Source: a virus
Lineage: Duplodnaviria > Heunggongvirae > Uroviricota > Caudoviricetes
Virus record (IMG/VR): IMGVR_UViG_3300032046_000009
Strand: one strand, 5' to 3'
Length of the DNA: 30,526 nt
A model generated the notes under the pieces. The model worked only from the letters and a program-made list of their open reading frames with translations, was not told where the DNA came from and made no database searches. A program made the position numbers and the translations under genes. Shown in pieces: positions 8,482 to 18,800 of this stretch. Position 1 is the stretch's first letter, and each line of letters opens with the position of its first letter.

Positions 8482-10770
8482 TTACGGTTCAAAGCACTCC
8501 CGTATATAGTCTTGTATGGTTTTACACCCAACTACTTTCAATGTATAGTCAGATGGATTAATGTTTTTCTCATAGTTTCTTTGAGGAATACAAACCTTCT
8601 TAAATCCCATTCTCTGAGCCGCTAAAATTTTCTCGTGTGCGCCGCCAATAGAAGTAACTTCTATTCCAGATTCGCCCGCTTTCAAATCACCATTTGCTAT
8701 GTTTATTTCGCCCGTGACCGCTACATCCTGTCGTATCTTCTTTTGAAGCAATACCGAAGCTAGAGCCAGAGTCATCGTTATTCCAGCACTAGGACCTTCA
8801 ACGCCATGTTCCTGAGCGAAGTCAACATGTGTATAGCATTCTTGTTCCACATCAATACCATATAGTTGAAGGATAACATGCCGAACTTTTGCTATTGAAT
8901 GTTGAACATAAGATGAATCTTTTGTTGCAACGCCCGTAACGGTAAAGTATCCAAGAGATTTTAGACCAGTTTTTTGCAAACATGATGCTCGAATTGTCAA
9001 AACCGAACCTACCATATCTGTTCCTTCTACATTAATTGTGCTTACAGCTAGACCGTGGATTTGTCCTACTTTTGGTTCTTCTGTTGGGTCAATTAATGTA
9101 TTATATATAATATGGTTTTCAATCTGTTTCTCCATAACTTGTAAAGCAATTGACTTACAATGTTCATTTAAGGCATCATTAACGTGTTTTCTTTCAACTA
9201 TCTTTAGCCCCTCATTCTGAGCCAGAACACTTGCAGTTTTTATCGTGCCAATCATAGGTCTAAACTTACACGTTATAGTATTGTTCTTTCCACTTTTCCT
9301 AATTGCTTCCTCAATCACCGCTATGCAAGCGTCCCTACTGAGAGGCAATAGATGAAAACGTTTGACTTCTTGAGAAATAAATTGAACATATTTTCGGCGA
9401 TTCTCTGGTATGTTTGGCATATCGTTCGACATATAGACCATTTTACCGTAGCCATGAATGCGGTCTAACAGAGCATAATGAATGTGTGGCAAACTATCCA
9501 AATTTCCAGCGGCTATCAAGAAATTCATACATGGAATTGGTTCTGTTGCTACAGCCATTGCCGCTGTGTCACCGCCATTTAGTGAGCCTCTCATAGCAAC
9601 TGGCAGTTGTCCATCTTCCAGAACAGTCAACAAAGTTATAGCTTCATCGCCAATTAAATTCTTAATTTCGTCTATGTAGAGAATTCCTAAGTGTGCTCTG
9701 TGAACATCGCCAGCGGTTACTCTCTGGTGTTCGGGCGTTCCCAAATCTCCTGTCTGATAGGGGTCCCAAGCTATTGAACCGAAGAGTTGTGCGCTTCTGT
9801 GTCCTGTAGCATCAATGAAGGGGGCAATTCCACTTGAATTATCAATCAGCAATTTTGGTGCTTGAGTAGCTTCTGCCCCACCTACTCCTTTCTTATTTCC
9901 GCCTATCATTCCGCCCATAAATCTTGAAAAGATATAAAGCATTCCACCCATAGACAATGCCATTATTCCAGAAATCACAAGTTGGATATTCGACATTATG
10001 CAACCTTGAACCATATATTGTAAGAAATTGCCGTGGAAAAATTCTTGAACTGTCTCTCCCCACATAGTCCAAATTACGTTGTAATACCAATCGGTAAGTC
10101 CAGAAATTCCTATGTAGCCTAGAATGAATATCCCTATGCTCATCATAAGCAATATTATAGCTTTAAATCCCCACTTTACAAATCTGCCCTTCTTAGCTTC
10201 CATTTTAGCGGCTTTCTTGATTATCTTTGTTCCTTCTGGTGATGGGTGAATTGAAATTCTAGGTTGACAAGGCAAAGTCTTGTTATACCATGAGCATGTA
10301 TCGTATAGTTTTATCCCTTTCTTTTGATAAAGGTCTGTCATATAACTCTGCATAGCGCGACCCAAAAGACTCTTACCTGTTCCAGCATCTCCTAACATGA
10401 GCAGAAAAGGTCCAGAGGGCAACATTTCTTTCGGTAAAGGCTTAGGGTTGAAGACGAGTTCCTTCTTTCCATAATTGAACAGATGAATCTTGTGACCACG
10501 AAACTTTATAGCTAATTCCCTTTTTGGCTTCTCAACTATCTCGAATGGTTTCCACCATTTCTTTTCGTTCAACCAACCTAGTTTGTTTACCCATTCATCA
10601 ATACAAAGTTTGCATTCAGTTATGGCATGTTCTTGTCCGATAATCCAATCGATGAGATTAGGTGAAACTGGATAGTTCTCAGTTGATTGGAAGTTCTCCC
10701 AATCCCAACTTTCGTCTGATTTACCAAAAAATTCCTTTAACCTATCCATTATTTTCTTAGGCATGAACAC
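8482..10770 (-). CDS. lonB: Membrane-anchored ATP-dependent Lon protease (LonB architecture)
   Basis: N-terminal LIDWIIGQEHA, Walker A GDAGTGKS, two hydrophobic segments inserted in the AAA+ domain, VTAGDVHRAHLGILYIDEI (Walker B), catalytic Ser in EGPSAG and Lys in GGAHEKILAA. Confidence 0.93.
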   Translation of the reverse strand: MFMPKKIMDRLKEFFGKSDESWDWENFQSTENYPVSPNLIDWIIGQEHAITECKLCIDEWVNKLGWLNEKKWWKPFEIVEKPKRELAIKFRGHKIHLFNYGKKELVFNPKPLPKEMLPSGPFLLMLGDAGTGKSLLGRAMQSYMTDLYQKKGIKLYDTCSWYNKTLPCQPRISIHPSPEGTKIIKKAAKMEAKKGRFVKWGFKAIILLMMSIGIFILGYIGISGLTDWYYNVIWTMWGETVQEFFHGNFLQYMVQGCIMSNIQLVISGIMALSMGGMLYIFSRFMGGMIGGNKKGVGGAEATQAPKLLIDNSSGIAPFIDATGHRSAQLFGSIAWDPYQTGDLGTPEHQRVTAGDVHRAHLGILYIDEIKNLIGDEAITLLTVLEDGQLPVAMRGSLNGGDTAAMAVATEPIPCMNFLIAAGNLDSLPHIHYALLDRIHGYGKMVYMSNDMPNIPENRRKYVQFISQEVKRFHLLPLSRDACIAVIEEAIRKSGKNNTITCKFRPMIGTIKTASVLAQNEGLKIVERKHVNDALNEHCKSIALQVMEKQIENHIIYNTLIDPTEEPKVGQIHGLAVSTINVEGTDMVGSVLTIRASCLQKTGLKSLGYFTVTGVATKDSSYVQHSIAKVRHVILQLYGIDVEQECYTHVDFAQEHGVEGPSAGITMTLALASVLLQKKIRQDVAVTGEINIANGDLKAGESGIEVTSIGGAHEKILAAQRMGFKKVCIPQRNYEKNINPSDYTLKVVGCKTIQDYIRECFEP

Positions 10771-10797
10771 ACCTTATAAGAAATAGAGGCAACGAAC

Positions 10798-10805
10798 TAT
10801 TTAAA
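10798..10805 (-). promoter_or_regulatory. Archaeal TATA box upstream of lon
   Basis: TTTAAATA on the minus strand, about 27 nt upstream of the annotated start. Confidence 0.65.
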
Positions 10806-10807
10806 GG

Positions 10808-12805
10808 TTACGGTATTCCATACACTTCTTGGTTGTTAAGAGCCATACCCTTCAACATAATGTAGTTTTCTCCTTGTAGTTTTACGAATGCTTTCTCAAA
10901 TTTGTCATTATCTTCACATTTCATCAAGTTTCTGAGGTCATTCTTTGTCATATCGTGGCTTTTGAATGCTTCCATCATAATCTTTTGAATGTCCATTGAG
11001 GATGTAGATTGACCAGTTTCGAGTTGGGTTACATCATTGCCAACGGTGTCTTTAAGGAATACATCGAACAATCGTTTAACACATTCTACATCAGATGCAT
11101 CAGCTTCAAGTTTAAGAAGAGACCTTGCCCGCGCAAGTGTCAACCGCTTCAAAGCCTCAAATTGTCTATATGAAAAGGGGAAGGTTTTCTGGTCAGTTGT
11201 GTAAGTTTTCCTTACAGCAACAAAATAGTTCTTCAAAGATTCAGCCGCTTCTTTAGAAAGTTTGGGTTTAAGTTTCTTAGAGTATGCAATATATTTTCTC
11301 AAAAGTTTTCTGTCTATTGGAGATTTTCTATCGGCATTTTCTATGATGTGGTCCACAACTTCTCTATCCATCTGTTCGTTTGGAATATCAAGCACTTTAA
11401 AAATTAAGTCGAACCTACTGAATAGGCTTGGCGGAAACTTTGGAAGATTTTCAAACACCGATTTATATTGGTCATATCTTCCTAAACTTGGATTTGCCGC
11501 CGCAATCAATGATGTCCTAGCTTTCAACTGAACATGATAACCAGCTTTGTCAATTGAGACTGTTTGTTGTTCCATCGCTTCGTGAATATTTACTCTATCC
11601 TCTTCACGCATCTTATCGATTTCATCTATTGCGGCTACACCTTCGTCTGCCAGAACCAAAACACCAGCGGAGATTTCCCATTCTCCACTATCATTATCTT
11701 TGTGAAGTGCCGCAGTTAATCCAGCCGCAGTTGTCCCTCTACCCATTGCATACATTCCTCTGGGCGACAACTCTACAGCCGCACGAAGCAATTGGCTTTT
11801 GGCAGTAGCGGGGTCGCCAACCATAAGAATGTGAATATTCCCACGTATAGTTATATCTTCTCGAATTTCCTCTGGGGAACCAAAAATAGCCAATAATACA
11901 GCTTCCTTCTCATTCTCATGACCATAGAGCGAAGGAGCAAGAGAATTAATCATCTTCATATAAACTTCTGGGTCTTTAGCTATTTCCTTTAATTGAAGTT
12001 CCTCTTCTAATGTGAACACCATTGCGTCTGGGTCTTTACGTCTTTTATTGACAGAGAGAACTTCTAAATAGATTACATTGAACTTTGTTTTGACAAATTT
12101 CTGTGAAGCCGACATAGCATTTACTACACAAATAGCTTCTATGTCATCTCCACAATTTACAAAATTTAGAAGATGATTTTTGAATGTGATACATCGTATA
12201 GGTCTTGGAATTTTTGAACTAGATATATCATCATATGCCTCTTGAATAGTAAACTCTTGACTGTCTTCTAATGTGCTTAATTGTGGCACAGGTTCCCAAG
12301 TTGTTCTGTCATCACAACCTTCACACTTAGGAAATGGTTTAGTAAGTGTCCACGGATTTCCTTGCACAATTGATTGAGATTCTGCCCCGCACATAACACA
12401 TTTAAAAACAGCTTCTATATACATTGGAAGAATCTTAGCAGTTTTATTTACAAGACCATGAATTTTAACAATGTGACCAATATCATCCGCTCCAATTTCA
12501 TGAATCAAACTTAGTGGAAAAGTTCCAGTTATGCTTATATGAGTTTTGTCAATCGTTTTCAAACCGATATAAACAACCTCACTATCTACAGCATCTTCAA
12601 GAGCCGCCATTCCATAACTCAATGCTGTTCTAATCAACTCATCAGCCGTTGCTTTTTGAAATACAGCCAACTCATCAATGTTCACAATGATTGTATCGGT
12701 TGTTCCAGCTACATAATCATCGATATATTTCTTTCCTTTTGGGTCTTTAAGAAATAGGGTTATTGCACCAGCCAGATTTTTCCTTTCCAATGTATTAGAT
12801 GGCAT
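10808..12805 (-). CDS. mcm: MCM replicative helicase
   Basis: C4 Zn finger (CVMC...CEGC), Walker A GDPATAKS, Walker B IDEIDKM, EAMEQQTVSIDKAG, AAANP and Arg finger SRFDL. No intein seen. Confidence 0.97.
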   Translation of the reverse strand: MPSNTLERKNLAGAITLFLKDPKGKKYIDDYVAGTTDTIIVNIDELAVFQKATADELIRTALSYGMAALEDAVDSEVVYIGLKTIDKTHISITGTFPLSLIHEIGADDIGHIVKIHGLVNKTAKILPMYIEAVFKCVMCGAESQSIVQGNPWTLTKPFPKCEGCDDRTTWEPVPQLSTLEDSQEFTIQEAYDDISSSKIPRPIRCITFKNHLLNFVNCGDDIEAICVVNAMSASQKFVKTKFNVIYLEVLSVNKRRKDPDAMVFTLEEELQLKEIAKDPEVYMKMINSLAPSLYGHENEKEAVLLAIFGSPEEIREDITIRGNIHILMVGDPATAKSQLLRAAVELSPRGMYAMGRGTTAAGLTAALHKDNDSGEWEISAGVLVLADEGVAAIDEIDKMREEDRVNIHEAMEQQTVSIDKAGYHVQLKARTSLIAAANPSLGRYDQYKSVFENLPKFPPSLFSRFDLIFKVLDIPNEQMDREVVDHIIENADRKSPIDRKLLRKYIAYSKKLKPKLSKEAAESLKNYFVAVRKTYTTDQKTFPFSYRQFEALKRLTLARARSLLKLEADASDVECVKRLFDVFLKDTVGNDVTQLETGQSTSSMDIQKIMMEAFKSHDMTKNDLRNLMKCEDNDKFEKAFVKLQGENYIMLKGMALNNQEVYGIP

Positions 12806-12840
12806 TCTATCTTCACTTACAGAGAATATTGTCTTACTAC

Positions 12841-12877
12841 CTTATAAACCTTATGGTATGCTTAATCAGTTGATTAA
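12841..12877 (-). promoter_or_regulatory. mcm promoter: TATA box plus upstream 7-2-7 inverted repeat
   Basis: TTTATAAG on the minus strand at 12841-12848; TTAATCA-GT-TGATTAA at 12862-12877. Confidence 0.55.
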
Positions 12878-12878
12878 T

Positions 12879-15800
12879 TTATTCATCCAATTCGTCTAAC
12901 TTATCCAAGAGGTCCATAAGTTCCCGTTTGGTCATCTTCTTCTTTCTGGTCGATAGAGGTTCTATGAAAAATGAGAATGTATTATTTGAAACTATATCTA
13001 GTCCAGCAGAGGTAAAAGTCATTCCTCTTTCTGATAAGATGTTTAATGGGTCAATTCCAAATCCAACTATTTGTTCTTTAGAAAGTTGTAATTCTACTAG
13101 AGTGATTGAGTAAGATTGTTCTTTTGCTACTGCTAATTCGGTTAAAGAAGTAGATTGTGAACATTCTTTTGCTATTGCTAGTTCGTTTAGAGAAGTAGAT
13201 TGTGAATATGATTTTGCCACATCCAGTTCAGCAGTTCTATTAGAGTGAGATGACTTTCCTATTACCTTTAATTCTGAAACAGGTTTCTTTGATTCGACTT
13301 TTTGAGCTATTTGCAATTCTTTTGTTGGAATTTTCTGTTGATGGCGTATGGAAACTACTTTAAGAGCAATTACTTTGAAGTTGAAGTTACGTTCGATATA
13401 CTTTACTATTCCTTCTGAAATTCTTCTATCTATTTCCTCTGGATGACCGCCGCCGATTTTTACCTTTTCAAGTTTTACCAGCAAAACATCTATACCAGTA
13501 TTTTGGGTTATGCCAAGTTTCTCAATCAAAGAATCCACTAAATATTCTTTATTTATTTTGAGTGACGAAAGGAAAGCGTCAATGAGATAACCATTTGCAA
13601 TTTCATTTCTCTTGAACAGAACATCCAAATAATATGGAATTTCTATACCAAGTTTCTTCATTATCAAATCTGCAAGATATGTTTTAATTACACTTAATTT
13701 CTTGAGCACAACATCAATATCATAAGGAATCATTATTCCCAATTTTCGAAGAAGAGTGTCTATTGAATCGGTTTTGGTTAACCCTAATTTTTTAAAGAGA
13801 ACATCTATGTCATAAGAATATTTTGGTCTAAGTCCAAGTATCCCATATAGCCATAAAATCATTTTACCGCTATCAACTGTTCTTCCTTGTTCCATATAAT
13901 TTCCTGATGCACCAGCTAATTTATCAGCGGTGAAGAGTTGAATACAACTTGCACCAGATTCCGTAATAGAATCCCGTGCCGTTTGACCCGTCAGCCATTG
14001 CTGTGTAACAGGCACTTCAGGACCGTAAAGACATATAGCTTCAAATAGTTCTTCTTTTCCTTTTGGAAGCGTAATAGTATTAGTTTCAGTTGCAGGAGTC
14101 CACGGACCACTACCATAAGCCATATGATAATCTGGTGTTCCAGATATTACCGTATTAGCATATGAACAACTTGCGCCCTTATATTGGATTGAGTTTCCAG
14201 TCCCACCTAATGTAACTGTAATTGTTTGTGTACCAACTAACGGAGAATATTTGTACCAGAATTCCAGATAAACATTGCCATATTGGTCAGTAAATCGTGT
14301 AAGATATGTTGCATTTTGTCCACCTACTTTTACCGAAACTATATTTTGACCCGTTCTGGTTACAGCAATTACAACTAAGTTTGCATCCCCCCCAATAATA
14401 TGGGTCCAACTCCAAGAGCTTTGACCAGTAGCGCATTTTCCACTTCCATGATGGTCAAATCTAATGGTAGAAATATTCAATCGTTTTAACAAAACGTCTA
14501 TATCATAAGAACCTTCTACTCGTGATTTAGAAGTCCATGAACCAAACGCTGGTTCTGGACGAACACATTTACGATGCCAAAAAGCATCAAAGTACATTTT
14601 TTTACGTGTGGTTGCTAGAACAGCCCCAATCATAGTTCTCATAGCGTTAGTTAATTTAACACCAGTATTTGCCAGTTGAACCCCGTCTATATAAAAGTAT
14701 GTCAAATTAGTATGTTCTATTTCAAGCAGATGCCATCCTACTATACGGTTAACTGTTGAAGTTAACCATCCCGTACCATTATTATAAACATATTTAGTCG
14801 CGCTTTGAAATTCGCCCACACCTACATAACGTGCAGTAGTATTATTATCCCAAACTAGCCATCCTTCTTCTGCCAACGCTTCCATACGGTCATAGAACAT
14901 AATTGCCGTTTTCCCCATAGTTTGGTTTTGTGCAAAGCGGTTGTCAAGATACCCGTTATAGCTTGATACTTCTTGCCCACATTCTATTCCTTTTATTTTT
15001 TCGTAAACATAACTTGTATCTAATACCACTACACCATTTACAGTCCATAGTTTATCTCCACTCCCAGTTTTTAATGTTTCAAAATCATCGAACCATGAGA
15101 ATGTATTGAAGCCATTGCTAGTGGTCGTAACATTTGGATTTCCATACCAGATATAAATTGTACGATTAACTGTACTCAAATCTTCTTTGACTTCTACCCA
15201 AAATAACGCATAATTTCCATTCACTTTTTCTGCTAACCAATAATCTAAGTCAGTTTTTCCGTCCTCGCTCTTAAATCTAACATCTCCAAAATCGGTTCTA
15301 CATTCTCCATTTAAATAGACTTTGGCTCTCGTTTCATTTCCAAAGGATTCTGTGCCGTCTGTTCCATTTCCATAGTAAACTTTTATACACACGGGATAGT
15401 TTGTTCCAGCGTTACTTGCATAATTTATAGTTAAACCTTTTTTCCACATCCAATTTTGATTCACGATAATACTTAATCTTTTGAGTAGAATATCCATATC
15501 ATCGGTTCTTGTCAGTCCTAACTTTTGAAGAAGTGCATCTATAGAATCTGTAGTAGTTTGTCTCAAAGCTGTTTGAACATCTATCAGATTAGTCTTAGTA
15601 ACTCCTAATTTCTTAAACAATACATCAATTGAATCTACAACCGTCAAACCCTGTTTTTGGAGTAAAACATCTATCTGGTCAGTTATAGTTGCGGAATATT
15701 TTGAAAGTATAACATCTATCTGTTTTGCATTTGTGATTCCAAGTTTCTTAAAAAGTGTATCTACCGAATCGATTTTAGTTATGTCTAACTTCTTAAAGAG

Positions 15801-18800
15801 CACGTCTATATCATCTGTGCTTGTAAATCGTAATGCAGTAAGAACGTCTATATCGTAAGGAATTATTACCCCTAATATTTTGAGCAATGTATCTATTGAG
15901 TCTGTTGTAGTTAATCCGAGTTTCTTGAACAACACATCAATCGAGTTGGTCTTAGTTATTCCTGATGCCTCAAATAGAACGTCTATCGAATCTGTAACAA
16001 CAACGCCAATCTTTTTGAACAGAGTATCTATTGAGTCTGTAATAACAACCCCCGTCTTTTCAAATAGAGTGTCTATAGAATCTATAGAAATTAATCTTGA
16101 AGCTATTTCAATATCTATAGGATAAATTGAAGTTATCTCCAACTTCTTGAAAAGAATATCTATAGAATCAGTTTTGATAATTCCGCTCTTTTGTAGCAAT
16201 ACGTCTATTGAATCTGTTTTTGTTACTTTTAACTTCTTTAACATCACGTCTATAGAATCAGTTATCGGAATAGCCAATTTTTTAAACAAAATATCTATAC
16301 TATCTATTTTTGTAATTCCAGTTATCTTGAAAAGAATATCTATAGAGTCTGTACTTATTAATCTCGAAGCTATCTCAACGTCTATTGGATATGCTTTAGT
16401 AATCCCTATCTTCTTGAATAAAACGTCTATACTGTCTATTTTTACTATACCCCCTTTCTTGAAAAGAATATCTGTGGAATAAGTCTTTATAAGAATGAGT
16501 CTCTTGAATATAACATCTATAGAATTTGTCTTAGTTACTCCTAACTTTTTAAAGAGAGCATCTATTGAATCTGTTTTGGTTAACCCTTGTTTTGCTAGTA
16601 AAGTATCAATATCGTAAGTTATATACTTTGTAGTAATACCTGATTTTAGAATAACATCTATAGAATAAGTTTCTGTTAGACCTAACTTACCAAACAACAC
16701 GTCTATAGAATCTGTCTTGGTTATCCCTAATTTCTTGAAAACTGTATCTATTGAAGTGGTTACAGGTATTGCTACCATCTTGAATATAACATCAATTGAA
16801 TGGGAATTTTCTGTTTCTTCTTCTTCCCATGCTCCTTGTGCTGGCTCGGTTGCAATCATTTTTCGTGAAAAGAAGTCATCATGAATTTCTGGACCAAGTT
16901 TTGCACCATTATCGCATTTTCCTTCAAGATAGACATAGACATCTGTATCTGCAAGAGTGTATGCTTCGTCCGCTCTGAGATAAACTAGCCACGGGTAATC
17001 TTTATCTTGTTCATAGAAATAAATATGTCCACCGACAATCTTTATGATGACAACATCTGTTGTTGCCAAAAATGACGCACTATAAAGTGTTCCAGAGTCT
17101 TTACTTTGAATATAGATATTTCCGTCACCATAAATAAGAACACGATACCAATCAAGTTGAGTCCAAAGGTCAACATTGGTGTATTGTGTTGGAATTATCC
17201 AAAGTCCCATTTGACCCAAATTCTGAGCATTGGTAGTTCTAAGTCTAATAACACAACCAGAAGCATCAACCACGTCTGTTGAGACATACCATGCTTCGTC
17301 AGCACTTTTAAGAGCGGAGATTTCTAGTTGGTTATTTACTTCATCTACTGAGCCAAGTCCAGCCCCATCAGAATGATATTCTCCTTCGGTCCATTTTGCA
17401 TCTTTCGAGTTATCATTAAAGTTATCTCCCAAATTCCAAAGCGATGATACCGCTGGGTCACTCAAAGATGTGGCGGAACTATTCCCATAGTAAACATACA
17501 TATTGAAAGCGTCTGATTCCAAACTGTCTGGAATTTCAACCCAGAAGATTGCATAATCACTATTGGTTTTTTGTTCAAGCCAGTAATCCAAAAGAGTCTG
17601 ACCATCGCCAGTTGTGAAACGAATGTCATCAAAATCAGTCTGACAATTTGTATTACATGAGAAACAATCGTAGTCGATATAGACTCTCAAATAGTAAGTT
17701 GCTGTTGACCATGCTCCGAGAAGATAAACTGTTCGGTCACGGAATCCATTTGCATCAACGACTGTTTCGCTTAAAGCATTATGGTTGTAATAGCCGTCTA
17801 TTTGTGGGTCTAGGTCATACGTTTCAAGAGCTACAGAGTTTCCAGCAAAATCACCAGTTATAGCTCTTAATGTAAGTTTTCCAGCAGATGGTCGTGCTAT
17901 ATGAATATACATATGTGTTGTATCATGAAAGACGCATGGAACAAGAGCTTCGGTATTGGCAAATGGATTTACTATTGGGTCGCCATCAGAATCATCAAGT
18001 TGTCCATCTTTGGTCCACGGACAATCTTCTATATCAGTAGTTATAGCTCTACCAATTGAGTAAACCCCATTTTCATCGTTGCATTCATACATCATATAGT
18101 ATGTTGAACCATCTTTCATAATGCAAGGCGATGTTGTTGACATTTCATCATATGAGTGGTCTGCACCGACATCTACTGGGTCCCCAATATAGGTATAACT
18201 TCCAACCAAATTAAAATCCGAAGATATTGTGGTTTTGTAAAGTTTTATTGGACCAGACTTGCTTCCAGAAGTTGTATATCCTTGAAGAAACAGATAAATA
18301 TCCGACCCTTCTATATAAACTGTTGGGTCACGAACTCCAACCCCAGAACCAGTTAAATCTATTACACATACTGGTGTGGTCCAAGTTGTAAACGGTGGTC
18401 CAGACTTCATATAGTATATTTTATCCGTATCTGAAAACCCATCATCGCTTATACCTACCCAAACATGAAGTTCTTGACCATCCCAATAAGTTGCAGTTTG
18501 ACCAGATATGAATTCTGTCCCATCGGGTGGACTTATTGCCACACCTTCCGTAGCAAATCTAATATTTTCCCAATTACCATCGTATTTAGCAACCATTCTT
18601 TTTTGATAGTCAGTTCCCGCGCCCGTTGCTGGGTTTATTTGGTTAAATCGTCTATATGTCCAGTTTGCAAGCCAACGAGCAACTTTTCTTGAAGCTATTT
18701 GAACGTCTATTGAATCGGTTACTGTTTTTCGTACTTCTTCATTTCCCCAAGTTGAGTTGGCTGGCTCAGAAGCAACAAACGGTCTAATTTTAAATGCCGA

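Noticed and set aside
10808-12805. Inteins in MCM, Lon, RadA or primase
   Set aside because: Lengths are normal and motifs are contiguous. No C/S...HN-C/S/T splice junctions or LAGLIDADG blocks seen.
15468-16811. Regular 45-nt periodicity as a possible CRISPR array or non-coding tandem repeat
   Set aside because: It lies wholly within an open reading frame, varies at synonymous positions and has no constant repeat/unique spacer structure.
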